A stretch of 64,000 bases of DNA, from the NCBI GenBank assembly GCA_037445145.1, contig JBBILB010000001.1:36637-100636 (forward strand). The letters are read 5' to 3'. The notes under the pieces were generated by a model that was not told where the DNA came from, did not search any database, and saw only the letters and a list, made by a program, of their open reading frames with translations. Positions 30,789-40,883 of the stretch are shown here, piece by piece. The translations under genes and the position numbers were made by a program. The stretch's first letter is position 1. Every line of letters begins with the position of its first letter. Source of the stretch: Candidatus Woesearchaeota archaeon. Its GTDB lineage: Archaea > Nanobdellota > Nanobdellia > Woesearchaeales > ARS49.

Positions 30789-31517
30789 CTATTCGCGAAC
30801 CGGCTTTGAGTTGGTTATTTTTTTTCTTACTTCTTCCTCTTCTGCTTTTACGCCTAATTTACTGAAGAATGTGCAAATGTTTTTTATGTCGCGAGCAAGG
30901 TATTCTTTTGAGTTTGGGTTTTCCAGCACTGTTGCCTGGCTCATGTCAATGAATACCGGCTCTTCGTTGTAGTTTAGTATGTTAAACTGGCTCAGGTCTG
31001 TGTGGACCATTCCTGCCTTGTATAATTTCTTCATTCCGCTGACAACTTTCTCAAAGAATTCCTGCGGGTTCTCTGGCAAGGCATCCTTTACTCTTGGCGC
31101 AGCAACTCCTTCATCGCCAATAAATTCCATCACAAGCACGTTATTCAATACTGCCCTTGGTGTTGGCACCCTGACTCCTGCCTCTCTTGCCTTTAGCAAG
31201 TTCCTGTACTCGCGTTTTGCCCACATCAGCACCACTTTTCTTCTGTTCTTGTCTATTCTTGGGAAGCGGGGGTCTGCCCTGAGATACTCATACATCTTGT
31301 TGAATTCTGCTGCATTAATCCTGTAAATCTTTACCATTACTTGCTCGCCCTGAGCCGTAGCAGAGAATATGTTTGCCTCTTTTCCAATGCTAATAGGGCT
31401 CTCAAGCCCATCCAGCTGCCCTTTTGAAATCAGCTTGATAATGGTTACATTCGTAAAGTTGTCAAATACGTCCTTGAATGTCTTCTTTATGTCTTCAGGG
31501 CGCCTTATGCGTGCCAT
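30789..31517 (-). CDS. rio1: RIO-type serine/threonine protein kinase
   Basis: RIO domain with GKEANIF, VHTDLSQFN and IDMSQ motifs. Confidence 0.8.
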   Translation of the reverse strand: MARIRRPEDIKKTFKDVFDNFTNVTIIKLISKGQLDGLESPISIGKEANIFSATAQGEQVMVKIYRINAAEFNKMYEYLRADPRFPRIDKNRRKVVLMWAKREYRNLLKAREAGVRVPTPRAVLNNVLVMEFIGDEGVAAPRVKDALPENPQEFFEKVVSGMKKLYKAGMVHTDLSQFNILNYNEEPVFIDMSQATVLENPNSKEYLARDIKNICTFFSKLGVKAEEEEVRKKITNSKPVRE

Positions 31518-32034
31518 ACGACGATGAAGAAATGCTCAGTATTTATACCTTGCCTGCAAAGACTGCAGGCACATCAGTTATTTAACAAGACCAGGGCTGC
31601 CTGCATATCTCGCGCCAGCCGTTTCCATAGACAAAACCAAGGAAGAATTGAAAAAGTTGCTTATTTGATGCATCACGGATTTATAAACCAAATACGAAGC
31701 TTTATATAGACCTGCAACATATAGTTTGGACAGGTTAAAAGGCCGCAAATACGGCCCGTTGCCGAGAGAACCCTGTGGAGCTGACGGAAAACCCAAGCAA
31801 TGAGCTCAGGGGGTTAGCGGCGTGGCTACAGGCCTTTTAACAAAGTCAAGATAACAATATAGAGACCGAAAAGAACCAATCATCATTATTCAATCATTTT
31901 CCTTCGATTTTGAAGGGGGATAAGCCAGAAAAGACAAAAGAAAGCAAAACAAGGATGCTTTTAGTCAAATCTGGCTGAACTGGTTCTTTTTTGCCTCTTG
32001 ACAACAAAACAGGGATATAAATGGAGGGTTTAAA

Positions 32035-33336
32035 ATGGGAAAAATCAGTCCTATTTCATCTAAGTACATTATCAACGCAAGCATTGAAATTGAGGGTGTT
32101 GTTGACAGGCCGGACGTCATTGGCGCGGTCTTTGGTCAGACAGAAGGCCTTCTGGGCGCAGACCTTGAGCTGAGGGAGCTTCAGCGTTCTGGACGCATAG
32201 GAAGGATAGAAGTCAACACAGAGACAAAGGGCGGCAAGACGCAGGGAAGCATAATAATACCATCTTCTTTGGACAAGGCAGAAACAGCAATAGTTGCCGC
32301 AGCGCTGGAAATCATACAAAGAATAGGTCCCTGCAATGCAAAGCTGAAGGTCACAAACATTGAGGATGTCAGGATTAGCAAGAGGAACTTTGTCATTGAG
32401 CGCGCAAAGGAATTGCTCAGGACAATGGTTGACTCGGTAATGCCTGACTCGCAGGAGCTTGCGGAGGAAGTAGCCCACTCAGTAAGGGTTATGGAAATCA
32501 CTGAGTACGGAAGGGACAGATGCCCTGCAGGGCCTGGAATTGAGGACTCTGACGAAGTGATTGTTGTTGAAGGCAGGGCAGACGTCCTGAACCTGCTCAA
32601 GAACGGCTTCAAGAACGTCATTGCAATGAATGGAACACAGGTGCCACAGACAATAGTTGACCTGAGCAGGAAAAAAGACATTGTTGTGTTCATTGACGGC
32701 GACAGGGGCGGAAACCTTATTCTTAAGGAATTGCTGAACATTGCAGAGATTGACTTTGTGGCACGCGCTCCTGATGGAAAGGAGGTTGAGGAGCTCACAA
32801 AGAAGGAAATCCACAAAGCGTTGAGAAGCAGAATAACTGTTGAGCAGGCAAAGCTTGAGCTTGCCGCAAATGACACCTCGCAGAGCATTCGCAGGCCAAT
32901 GCTGCGGGAGACCACGTCAAGAATTCAGTCAGTTCCTGTCAGGGTCGTGCAGCCCCAAAGGATGCAGCCCCTGGTTAGATCGGTTCCCATCGAGGCTGAA
33001 CTCAGGAGGGTTGCGCCGGTTGCGCCAGTAATGCAGGGGAGGCAGTTGAACCCTGAGGAGAAGAAGCGCTTTGGCAGCATGCTCGAAAACCTGATAGGCA
33101 CAAGGGGCGCTTACCTCTTGGACAACAAGATGAACGTGCTTGGCAAGGTTCCTTTCACAGAGCTCTCAAGCACTTTGAAGAGCCTTAATTCGGGCGTTTA
33201 TGCCGTTGTCTTTGACGGCTCTGCCGACAAGGAAATCACAGACGTTGCAGAAAAGGCAGGGGTCAAGCACGTCATAGCAATGGACAGCCGCGTCAAGGAC
33301 ACTGCAGTGAACGTGGTTACTGCGGCTGAATTGTAA
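32035..33336 (+). CDS. dnaG: Archaeal DnaG-type primase (Toprim)
   Basis: N-terminus MGKISPISSKYIINASIEIEGVVDRPDVIGAVFGQTEGLLG typifies archaeal DnaG. Toprim core EGRADVLNL...DGDRGG. Confidence 0.8.
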   Translation: MGKISPISSKYIINASIEIEGVVDRPDVIGAVFGQTEGLLGADLELRELQRSGRIGRIEVNTETKGGKTQGSIIIPSSLDKAETAIVAAALEIIQRIGPCNAKLKVTNIEDVRISKRNFVIERAKELLRTMVDSVMPDSQELAEEVAHSVRVMEITEYGRDRCPAGPGIEDSDEVIVVEGRADVLNLLKNGFKNVIAMNGTQVPQTIVDLSRKKDIVVFIDGDRGGNLILKELLNIAEIDFVARAPDGKEVEELTKKEIHKALRSRITVEQAKLELAANDTSQSIRRPMLRETTSRIQSVPVRVVQPQRMQPLVRSVPIEAELRRVAPVAPVMQGRQLNPEEKKRFGSMLENLIGTRGAYLLDNKMNVLGKVPFTELSSTLKSLNSGVYAVVFDGSADKEITDVAEKAGVKHVIAMDSRVKDTAVNVVTAAEL

Positions 33337-33503
33337 GGGGGCAGGCAAAAAAGCTACAGGAACAAAACCCCAAACAAGTCATTATCGCAAATACATTCCT
33401 TGACGCAGCTGTCAAAGTGGTTTGCAACTTTGAGTATAGCAAGGGATGCAAGAGAGCGTAAACCTTTTTATACTCATTAATCACAGTTCTTCCCGAAAAG
33501 AGG

Positions 33504-34844
33504 ATGGCATATGAAATAGTTCTTGGAAGGGAAGAAGAGGAAAGGAACAAGTTTGGAATCCTTGGCACAATACTTCTTGGCAAGCACTATGTCCAGATGG
33601 GCCAGACAACTGCATTGGCGCAGAACATTTACCTTGACCTCAACAAGGCGCATGTTGTTTTCGTTTGTGGAAAGAGAGGCTCTGGAAAGTCATACTCGCT
33701 TGGAGTCATTGCAGAAGGCATTGCAACACTGCCTGAAGAGCAGCGCTCAAGATTGGCGGTTGTCCTGCTCGACACGATGGGCATTTACTGGACAATGAAA
33801 TACCCGAACAACAAGGACGAGCATTTGCTGAAGCAGTGGGACATGGAAGGCAGAGGCATTCCTGTAAAAATCTTCACGCCAACAGGCTTTTTCAGGAAAT
33901 ACAAGCAGGAAGGAATTCCAACAGACGCACCTTTCTCAATCAGGCCGTACGAGCTGTCGCCAGAGGACTGGAACCTGACTTTTGACATACATGCGGATGA
34001 CCCATTGGCTGTTTTCATTGCGAGAATAATCCTTACGCTGAAAAAGGACAGGGATGATTACGACGTTGAGGACATTATTGAGGCGGTGCAGACAGACCCG
34101 CGGGAGGAGGAGCACGTTAAGAATGCTGCCCTGAACAGGTTCAGGGGCGTTGAGCAATGGGGGGTGTTTAGCAGGGAGGCGACGCCGTTAAGGGACCTTG
34201 TGCGCGGCGGTCAAGTCACAATTCTTGACCTCAGCCCGTATGCAGTCATGCCTGGCGGCTGGAAAATCAAGCATCTTGTCATAGGTCTTGTTGCAGAGCG
34301 GCTTTTCATGGAGCGCATGGTTGTGAGGAAGAACGAGGAATTCCAAAGCATCCATTCCGCAATACACTACTTGCTCAGCCAGGAGGAAGAGGAGGAAGAA
34401 AAGCTCAGGTCAAGGGAAATGCCCATTGTGTGGATAATGATTGACGAGGCTCACGAGTTCCTGCCTGCGGGGGAAAAGACAGCCGCAACCGACGCCCTTA
34501 TTACACTTCTCAGGGAAGGCCGCCAGCCTGGAATAGCGCTGGTATTATCAACCCAGCAGCCGGGCAAGATACACACAGATGCAATGACCCAGTCGGATAT
34601 TGTGCTCGCCCACCGTTTGACAGCAAAGGTTGACACTGACGCATTGGGCAATATCATCCAGAGTTATTTGAAGGGCTCGCTTGACAAGGAGCTCTCACTG
34701 CTTCCAAGGGTTGCCGGCGCGTGCATTGCTGTTGATGACGTGAATGAGCGCATGTATCCGATGCAGGTCCGGCCGAGGTTCAGCTGGCATGGCGGAGGGG
34801 CGCCAAAGATAGTTGAAGAAAAAAAGAAGGCATTGGAATTCTAA
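33504..34844 (+). CDS. HerA/DUF87-family P-loop ATPase
   Basis: Walker A CGKRGSGKS, Walker B IMIDEAHEF, arginine-finger region LVLSTQQP. Confidence 0.5.
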   Translation: MAYEIVLGREEEERNKFGILGTILLGKHYVQMGQTTALAQNIYLDLNKAHVVFVCGKRGSGKSYSLGVIAEGIATLPEEQRSRLAVVLLDTMGIYWTMKYPNNKDEHLLKQWDMEGRGIPVKIFTPTGFFRKYKQEGIPTDAPFSIRPYELSPEDWNLTFDIHADDPLAVFIARIILTLKKDRDDYDVEDIIEAVQTDPREEEHVKNAALNRFRGVEQWGVFSREATPLRDLVRGGQVTILDLSPYAVMPGGWKIKHLVIGLVAERLFMERMVVRKNEEFQSIHSAIHYLLSQEEEEEEKLRSREMPIVWIMIDEAHEFLPAGEKTAATDALITLLREGRQPGIALVLSTQQPGKIHTDAMTQSDIVLAHRLTAKVDTDALGNIIQSYLKGSLDKELSLLPRVAGACIAVDDVNERMYPMQVRPRFSWHGGGAPKIVEEKKKALEF

Positions 34845-34864
34845 TAAATGAAAAAAAATCTGCC

Positions 34865-35608
34865 TTAAATGGCAGGCGGAGTGACGTCCTTGTCTGTGAG
34901 CGTGTTGAACTGCAGGTCATTGAACTTGTAGTTCAGCTCCTGTCCTGACGACGGCACAATCCTTACAGCCCGCGGGATTCCGTAGGTGTCGTCAACCCAC
35001 ATCTGGACAAGCTTTCCGTCCTCCTCATACTCTATCTTGGTCACGGTGCGCTCGTCGTACAATTCAGGGCCGACTATTTTTGCTGTTGGCGGCACTGACT
35101 TGACAAACTCGTATGGTGTTTTTGTGATGTACTTGCTGTAGTCCAGGTTTTCCCACGTCTTTTTCGTGTTGTCTCCCTGCGGCCATATGCATCTGCGTCT
35201 GTTTTCGCACCTTCCGATAGCTGTCTTTGCAACAGTGTCAAGGTAGACTGTGTCAAAATAGGTTTCTGCAACATAAGGGTCGTACTCGTAGAGCTTGATT
35301 TTTGCCTTTGTGCCTTTTATGTAGAACTTGTCAGGCTGCTGCTTTGTCGGAATGATAAGCTCAAGGTATGAATAGCTCTTTACTTTCTGGTCTGCCCTGC
35401 TGAGCAATTCCTGTAGCTCCTTTGAAGCTGTGGGGATTGGCTTTGCCTCAACAGGCGTTGGTCCTGGCGGCGCAGGCGCTGCCGGCTGTGCGGCTGGCGG
35501 TGCAGCAGGAGCCGCTGGTGGTGATGCAGGCGCTGCGGGCTGTGCGGCTGGCGCGCACGAAATCAGCACAAGCACAAGAAATGCCGCAATAAGTATTGTG
35601 TATTTCAT
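34865..35608 (-). CDS. Lipoprotein with N-terminal Pro/Ala-rich (PAAPAAP) linker, hypothetical
   Basis: Signal peptide and LISC lipobox, then a low-complexity PA-rich linker and a ~170-aa globular domain. Confidence 0.4.
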   Translation of the reverse strand: MKYTILIAAFLVLVLISCAPAAQPAAPASPPAAPAAPPAAQPAAPAPPGPTPVEAKPIPTASKELQELLSRADQKVKSYSYLELIIPTKQQPDKFYIKGTKAKIKLYEYDPYVAETYFDTVYLDTVAKTAIGRCENRRRCIWPQGDNTKKTWENLDYSKYITKTPYEFVKSVPPTAKIVGPELYDERTVTKIEYEEDGKLVQMWVDDTYGIPRAVRIVPSSGQELNYKFNDLQFNTLTDKDVTPPAI

Positions 35609-35632
35609 ATTTCTCCTCCCCCAAATGTTTCT

Positions 35633-35905
35633 TTATTTTATCGGTCTTGCGCCGAGCTGCGCATCAGGCGACGCGCGGCTCATTGATATCATTGATGCAA
35701 GGAACATGCACGCGAACACTACAGCAAACGCGACTGCCATCGGGACAGAGAATTTCTGGACATAAAGCACTGACACAAAAAATCCCACCATGCTGGCAAC
35801 CATAAAGCCGACACTAAGCGGAGCCCATTTCCTGCCGCTTGCCTGCTGTTCCGGAGGAATATCCCTTTTGACAGGACCGTGCTTGTGGTCTCCCATTCTT
35901 GCCAT
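35633..35905 (-). CDS. Small 2-TM membrane protein, hypothetical
   Basis: 90 aa with two hydrophobic helices. Confidence 0.25.
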   Translation of the reverse strand: MARMGDHKHGPVKRDIPPEQQASGRKWAPLSVGFMVASMVGFFVSVLYVQKFSVPMAVAFAVVFACMFLASMISMSRASPDAQLGARPIK

Positions 35906-35945
35906 ACGCTTGCCTTTCCTTCCGAGATATATAAATGTTTCTGCA

Positions 35946-37037
35946 CTAGCTGAACCGGATGAAATTAAGGTCTTTTACGATTTTTTTGGCTTGCTCAAGT
36001 TTTTGCACAAAGTCTTCCATGAATGCTGTCATTTTTTCGCACGCAATCTTCTTGAGCTCTCCTGAAAGCATCTGGCCTGTCTTGTACTGCTGGTAAATCA
36101 GCTCCAGCTTGTTGTCGTTCTCTATCAGGTGCATTTTCAGGAGCTCAAAAACCATGTCTTTTTCAACTTCTGCGCCGAGCTTTCTCTGCTCTTCTGCTGT
36201 CTTCCTGCCGCCTGTGACTGCTTTCTGGATTTTCCTGCACGCCTCCTTCGGGTCCTCCGGCAGTTCTATGCAGCTTCCCGGCTTGCTCTTGCTCATTTTC
36301 AGCGAACCGTCAAGCGACGGCGTGAACTTGTGGTAGATGCCTGCAGGAGGAATCATTTTGTGCATCCTGCCTGAGCGCTCGACAACATCTCTTGTGAGGC
36401 GTATGTGCGGGTCCTGGTCAATCCCGACAGGAATCACGCCAGGCATTTTTTCTTTGAGCTGGGGGAAAAGCATGTCACCTACCTGTGTCACGGCAGCCAT
36501 TATTCTTGCAGGGTCTGCATTGCCGTAAACAGCCCTGAACTCGTTAAGTGTTATTTTCTGGGCTGCCTCGTAAGCGAGGTGCATGACATCCTTATTCTCG
36601 CTCTGGAAGTAGAAGATTGTCTTTTCAGGGTCAAGCCCGAGCGCAATGTATGCAGGAATGTGGAATTCAAGCGCCCTTTTCCGCGCGATTTCCAAGGAGA
36701 CGCCCCTTGTTGTGGCTGCCTCAAGGTCTGCCACAAGCACGTATGTTTTTGCGCCGTGCTCCTGGAAGTACCGCATCTGCTCCACAACCATCTTTGTGCC
36801 GAAATGCACTTTGTCAGCAGTGGGCATTATGCCTGTGAGCGCATAATATGGCTTCTTTTTCCTGATGCAGTCAGCAATAACTTTCTGATCCCTTGCTGCA
36901 AACACAATCCTTCTTCTCATCAATCTGTTTGGCTCTGGGAATAAGGAAGGATCAAATACCTCAAGCCCGAACTGCTTCACAATCTTCTCGTATTCCGCAG
37001 GCAATTCTGCGCCCCACGGGTCAATTATCAGCGCCAT
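35946..37037 (-). CDS. trpS: Tryptophanyl-tRNA synthetase (class I)
   Basis: KMSKS motif (LKMSKSKPGS) and archaeal/eukaryotic TrpRS-like C-terminus (TGGRKTAEEQRKLG). Confidence 0.75.
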   Translation of the reverse strand: MALIIDPWGAELPAEYEKIVKQFGLEVFDPSLFPEPNRLMRRRIVFAARDQKVIADCIRKKKPYYALTGIMPTADKVHFGTKMVVEQMRYFQEHGAKTYVLVADLEAATTRGVSLEIARKRALEFHIPAYIALGLDPEKTIFYFQSENKDVMHLAYEAAQKITLNEFRAVYGNADPARIMAAVTQVGDMLFPQLKEKMPGVIPVGIDQDPHIRLTRDVVERSGRMHKMIPPAGIYHKFTPSLDGSLKMSKSKPGSCIELPEDPKEACRKIQKAVTGGRKTAEEQRKLGAEVEKDMVFELLKMHLIENDNKLELIYQQYKTGQMLSGELKKIACEKMTAFMEDFVQKLEQAKKIVKDLNFIRFS

Positions 37038-37051
37038 GCCTAGCGGTTTGG

Positions 37052-37510
37052 CTATTCTGGTTTAAAAATCTTCTCAACGAGGGCAAGCGCCGCGGTCCTT
37101 GTTGCGGGAAACGCCGCAAGGCTCATTTTTATGTGATAACACCAGCCGGAGTCTGTTATGAAAATGCGCCTGTCAGAAATCCATTTGTCCTTGCCGATGC
37201 GGATGAAAAAGTGCAGCTCATTGTCAAGCCTTGACTCCCTCTGCCTTAGCAAAAGCTCTTTTTGCTCTTTTGTTAACCTATTTAACAATGCTTTGAGGAA
37301 TGTGTTTGTGTGCGCTGTCTTGTAAAGCGTTATCCTGAATATCTTTATTGGCTGATCGTTAAAACCCTGCGCGGTTTCCTCATTTACCTCAATCTTTTCC
37401 TTTTCAAGGTTTAATGGCACAAGCTCAACAAGCCCATTCCTGACCGCGGGAACATCTTCCTCTGCAGGTTTTGCAAAGACAGAAATCACCACATTGTTAA
37501 GGTATTTCAT
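37052..37510 (-). CDS. Hypothetical protein
   Basis: ORF with start moved to the internal MKYLNN; no recognised motif. Confidence 0.3.
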   Translation of the reverse strand: MKYLNNVVISVFAKPAEEDVPAVRNGLVELVPLNLEKEKIEVNEETAQGFNDQPIKIFRITLYKTAHTNTFLKALLNRLTKEQKELLLRQRESRLDNELHFFIRIGKDKWISDRRIFITDSGWCYHIKMSLAAFPATRTAALALVEKIFKPE

Positions 37511-37561
37511 CTGCCACAGCAAAACGCAGGGTTTATATAAGCTTTCACCGCCAGCAGGGGC

Positions 37562-38434
37562 ATGAAGCACAACGGGCCTGTCACGCTTTTGCTTGTAGGC
37601 ATGTTCCTGCTAGCCCAGGTTATTGGGCTGTTTATTATAAGCGCATACGTTGACATCCAGAAGACAGCAGAGACAGGAAAGGTTGAGTGGGAGCCGTTGC
37701 CCTCCATTGCAGGCTTTGTGATGGAGCGGCCTGAGGCAGCGCCCGGTGTTTCTGTGTTTTACATCCTGCTGGCTTTGCTTATCGGCACTGTCCTCATACT
37801 GCTCATAATCAGGATGCACAAGGTGATTTTGTGGAAGATATGGTTCTGGCTTGCTGTTGTCCTCTGCCTGCATATTGCGTTTGCTGCATTCATGCCTGCC
37901 AATTATGCTCTTTTGCTTGCACTTTTGCTTGGCTCGTGGAAAATATTCAGGCCTGGCGTGCTCGTGCATAACGTGACAGAGCTTTTCATTTATGGCGGGC
38001 TTGCTGTCATTTTTGTCCCCCTGCTAACCCCCTTGACCACAATAATTTTGCTCATGCTTATTTCCTGCTATGACATGTATGCTGTGTGGCGCTCCCAGCA
38101 CATGGCAAAAATGGCGCAGTTCCAGGCAAAAAGCGGCATCTTTGCAGGACTGCTTTTGCCTTATGCTCCAAAGAAAGTCGTGCTTAAGGTGCCGAAAAAG
38201 CCAGGAATGCCCAGGACTGCAATCCTTGGCGGCGGCGACATCGGTTTCCCGCTTATTTTTGCAGGTGTTGTGATGAAGACTCTCGGACTACAGCAGGCTG
38301 CGGTCGTGGCTGTCGGCGCTGCGCTTGCGCTTCTCGGGCTTTTGTTTTTCGGCCAGAAAAAAAGGTTTTATCCTGCAATGCCGTTCCTCTCAGCAGGCTG
38401 CCTTATTGGGTATGGCTTTGCTTTCCTGCTGTGA
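37562..38434 (+). CDS. Presenilin/signal-peptide-peptidase-family intramembrane aspartyl protease
   Basis: YD motif (LISCYDMYAVW), GxGD motif (LGGGDIGFPLIFAG) and a PAL-like PAM near the C-terminus. Confidence 0.55.
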   Translation: MKHNGPVTLLLVGMFLLAQVIGLFIISAYVDIQKTAETGKVEWEPLPSIAGFVMERPEAAPGVSVFYILLALLIGTVLILLIIRMHKVILWKIWFWLAVVLCLHIAFAAFMPANYALLLALLLGSWKIFRPGVLVHNVTELFIYGGLAVIFVPLLTPLTTIILLMLISCYDMYAVWRSQHMAKMAQFQAKSGIFAGLLLPYAPKKVVLKVPKKPGMPRTAILGGGDIGFPLIFAGVVMKTLGLQQAAVVAVGAALALLGLLFFGQKKRFYPAMPFLSAGCLIGYGFAFLL

Positions 38435-39239
38435 ACAGGCTTAATGGCTTCTGCTTGAGCTCTGCAGAGTACGAAATTGGGTCTATTGTCGTGCCGTCTT
38501 CTGCAGAGATTACCTGGACTCCTGACTGCATTTTTATCTCCCTTGCCTCGTAAAGCGGGTTTGCGTCAAGCATTTTTTGCGAGAAATGAGTCAAAATGCA
38601 CAGTTTTGGCTTTGCCTTTTTGAGTATTTTCACGACGTCTGCAGAGCAAAGCCCCGGCTCCATGCTCTTGCCCGGGTTTTGGCAGTTCACGACAAGTATG
38701 TCAGCGCACTCATACTGTTCTGCAGTTTTTGAGTCGTAATTTGTGTCTCCGGTATACGCCAGAATGAATTCCGGTGTGTAAATCTTGTAGCCGAGCGAAT
38801 GCAGGTCTGAGTGCTTTGCTGCAAGCGGAGTGATTTCTATGTTTTCTATTGCTATTTTTCTGTTTGGCTGTGCAATAATGATTTTTTCCATGTGGTTTGC
38901 GAAGTAAGTGTGCAGCACAGGCTTTATGTGTTCTGTGCCATTCACTATGCTTTCTGGCGCCACGAGCACCCCGTGTGCATCAAGCCCGTTGAGCGTCATT
39001 GCATTAATGAGCGCGTTCAGGTCATTGCAGTGGTTCAGGTGCGCGTGCGAGGCAAGTATTGCAGTGTGCGCCCTGACATTTATGCCGCACAATGATGCGT
39101 TTGTCAATGCCCCTGGCCCTGGGTCAATGTGCATTTGGATTTCACCGACCTGCACGATAAACCCTCCTGAGCTTCTTGACTGCTTGCTCACCACTCCAAG
39201 GTTTCCCGCAGTTCCGAGAAAAACAAGTTTTGAAACCAT
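38403..39239 (-). CDS. Metallo-beta-lactamase-fold hydrolase
   Basis: H-x-H-x-D-H-type motif (ASHAHLNHCND) with downstream His/Asp ligands. Confidence 0.55.
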   Translation of the reverse strand: MVSKLVFLGTAGNLGVVSKQSRSSGGFIVQVGEIQMHIDPGPGALTNASLCGINVRAHTAILASHAHLNHCNDLNALINAMTLNGLDAHGVLVAPESIVNGTEHIKPVLHTYFANHMEKIIIAQPNRKIAIENIEITPLAAKHSDLHSLGYKIYTPEFILAYTGDTNYDSKTAEQYECADILVVNCQNPGKSMEPGLCSADVVKILKKAKPKLCILTHFSQKMLDANPLYEAREIKMQSGVQVISAEDGTTIDPISYSAELKQKPLSLFTAGKQSHTQ

Positions 39240-39292
39240 GCCCCTGCAATGGCCTGCGTGGCTAATAAAGATTTCGCGACTGCAGAATCAGT

Positions 39293-40348
39293 TCAGAATT
39301 TCGGCAGGTAAGCCGGTTGCAAAATAGTGCCGTCCTCAACAAGCCCAATGTGTTCAAGCCCTATTTTTCCCGCATAGATCGGAAGAGCATTTCCCCCTTG
39401 CTCAATAAACTTTTCAAGCATAAGCTTTCCTTCGAGGTAAACATGATCCTTGACGAATCCCCCTGTAGCAGAAGTGTCTTTGAGCCCACGCTTTACCCTG
39501 ACCGTCATTTCAAAAGCTTCTTTTGGCGGGAAAAACCTGCAAAGCTCGTTAAAGACATCCCTGAATCCGCCTTTCAAGGCCGCCGAAACAGCTATTACCC
39601 TTCCCGCATATTTTCTCAGCCTGTTGCTTGTGAGGCAACCTGTTTTTTTCTCATGTAGTACAGCCAGCCCTTCTTCTGTCTGCAAATAGCAGGGAATTGC
39701 ATCGCTGCTGAGAATCCTGTATTGCTGCCTGTAGCTGTTCATTGACCTGAGAACGTGGACCCCTACCTCATGGGCAAGCATGCACTTGATTCCATTTGCT
39801 GAAAACTTTGCTTTTTCGCTTATTATTATTGTCCTCTTGCTTGGGCTTACCGAAACGCGCGCAACAGAAGGCTTTATGCTGATATGCCACCCCACGAAGC
39901 CGTGTTGCAATAACGCCTTTTCAATTGCTGATTTCATGTAAGTTGCGGTGTAGGGCTTTGTTGGCATTGGCTCGCGGGGAATGCTTTTAAGGATTTCATG
40001 CGCATTGTGTAAAGTCTCCTTTGACGGCATGCCATAAAGTCGTGTTTCTGCAAAGCCGTTTTTTCCAATATTCTCCAGCAGATTTGTGGAAAGCAGCAGT
40101 CTTTCCTTGACATCCCTGAAAAGCTGTCCGAGTGGCGTCTGCTCTGCAATTCTTATTCTTTCAAGTCGTGTCCTGAATGCATTTGCCCTCGTGAATGTCT
40201 TGTAAGTGAATTGCGGCTCATAAGTCTGGGATGAAAAGAATGTTCTTTCCTCTTCTTGCAAGTTTGTTGGATTGAGAAAGGAGAGCAAATGCATGGCCTT
40301 GCTCGTTTCAGCAAGTGCGCGGTCAGCGACATGCAAAAGCGTTGCCAT
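39293..40348 (-). CDS. DUF1704 / MATCAP-like putative metallopeptidase (QEGLA-motif family)
   Basis: AHEVGVH (HExxxH), then MNSY, then LQTEEGLAVLHE (QEGLA-like). Confidence 0.45.
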   Translation of the reverse strand: MATLLHVADRALAETSKAMHLLSFLNPTNLQEEERTFFSSQTYEPQFTYKTFTRANAFRTRLERIRIAEQTPLGQLFRDVKERLLLSTNLLENIGKNGFAETRLYGMPSKETLHNAHEILKSIPREPMPTKPYTATYMKSAIEKALLQHGFVGWHISIKPSVARVSVSPSKRTIIISEKAKFSANGIKCMLAHEVGVHVLRSMNSYRQQYRILSSDAIPCYLQTEEGLAVLHEKKTGCLTSNRLRKYAGRVIAVSAALKGGFRDVFNELCRFFPPKEAFEMTVRVKRGLKDTSATGGFVKDHVYLEGKLMLEKFIEQGGNALPIYAGKIGLEHIGLVEDGTILQPAYLPKF

Positions 40349-40394
40349 TTGTCAGAAAGCAGACCACTAGATTTAAAAACGTTATCCTGCTATT

Positions 40395-40676
40395 AACTAA
40401 CGGGCGGGCTTTTCCGGGAGGTTAGCCGTCTCCTGTCACTGCAAATCGGCTTCATGGCAGGGAGAAGCAGTCCGAGCGGCCTAGGATGGAGCAGATGGTC
40501 CTGAACCGGACGTTGACGTTCTGTCCTGCAGGGTTGCTCTTGTAGGAACCGTGTCAGGCTCGGAAGAGTGCAGCACTAACTGTAAGGGTGAATGCTTGCA
40601 GGGTAGCGGAACCGAGAAAGGTTTGGGGTCAAACCATTTGTTCTTTTCTATGTCCATCGGGTTGCGCGTCCGCCCG
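40395..40676 (+). ncRNA. ffs: Signal recognition particle RNA (7S/SRP RNA)
   Basis: Helix-8-like motif GTCAGGCTCGGAAGAGTGCAGCA. 5' CGGGCGG pairs with 3' CCGCCCG. ~280 nt with no credible ORF. Confidence 0.5.
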
Positions 40677-40883
40677 CTTTTCTTACAATCTTTAACAATC
40701 TTTAAATAAACCGGCAATTTATTATGATGCATGAAGGTCTCTGTTGAAACCAACGAGAGGGTTGTAATAAAATTCAAGGGAAAGGTTAATATGTCGCAGG
40801 AAGTCGTGATGTCAAAGAACGACGCAAAACGCCTGGCAGGCATCCTTAGCGCAGGAAAATCAGAATCCTTTGAGACAGACTAA

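Noticed and set aside
40481-40843. 120-aa minus-strand ORF
   Set aside because: It is antisense to the SRP RNA and has no motif.
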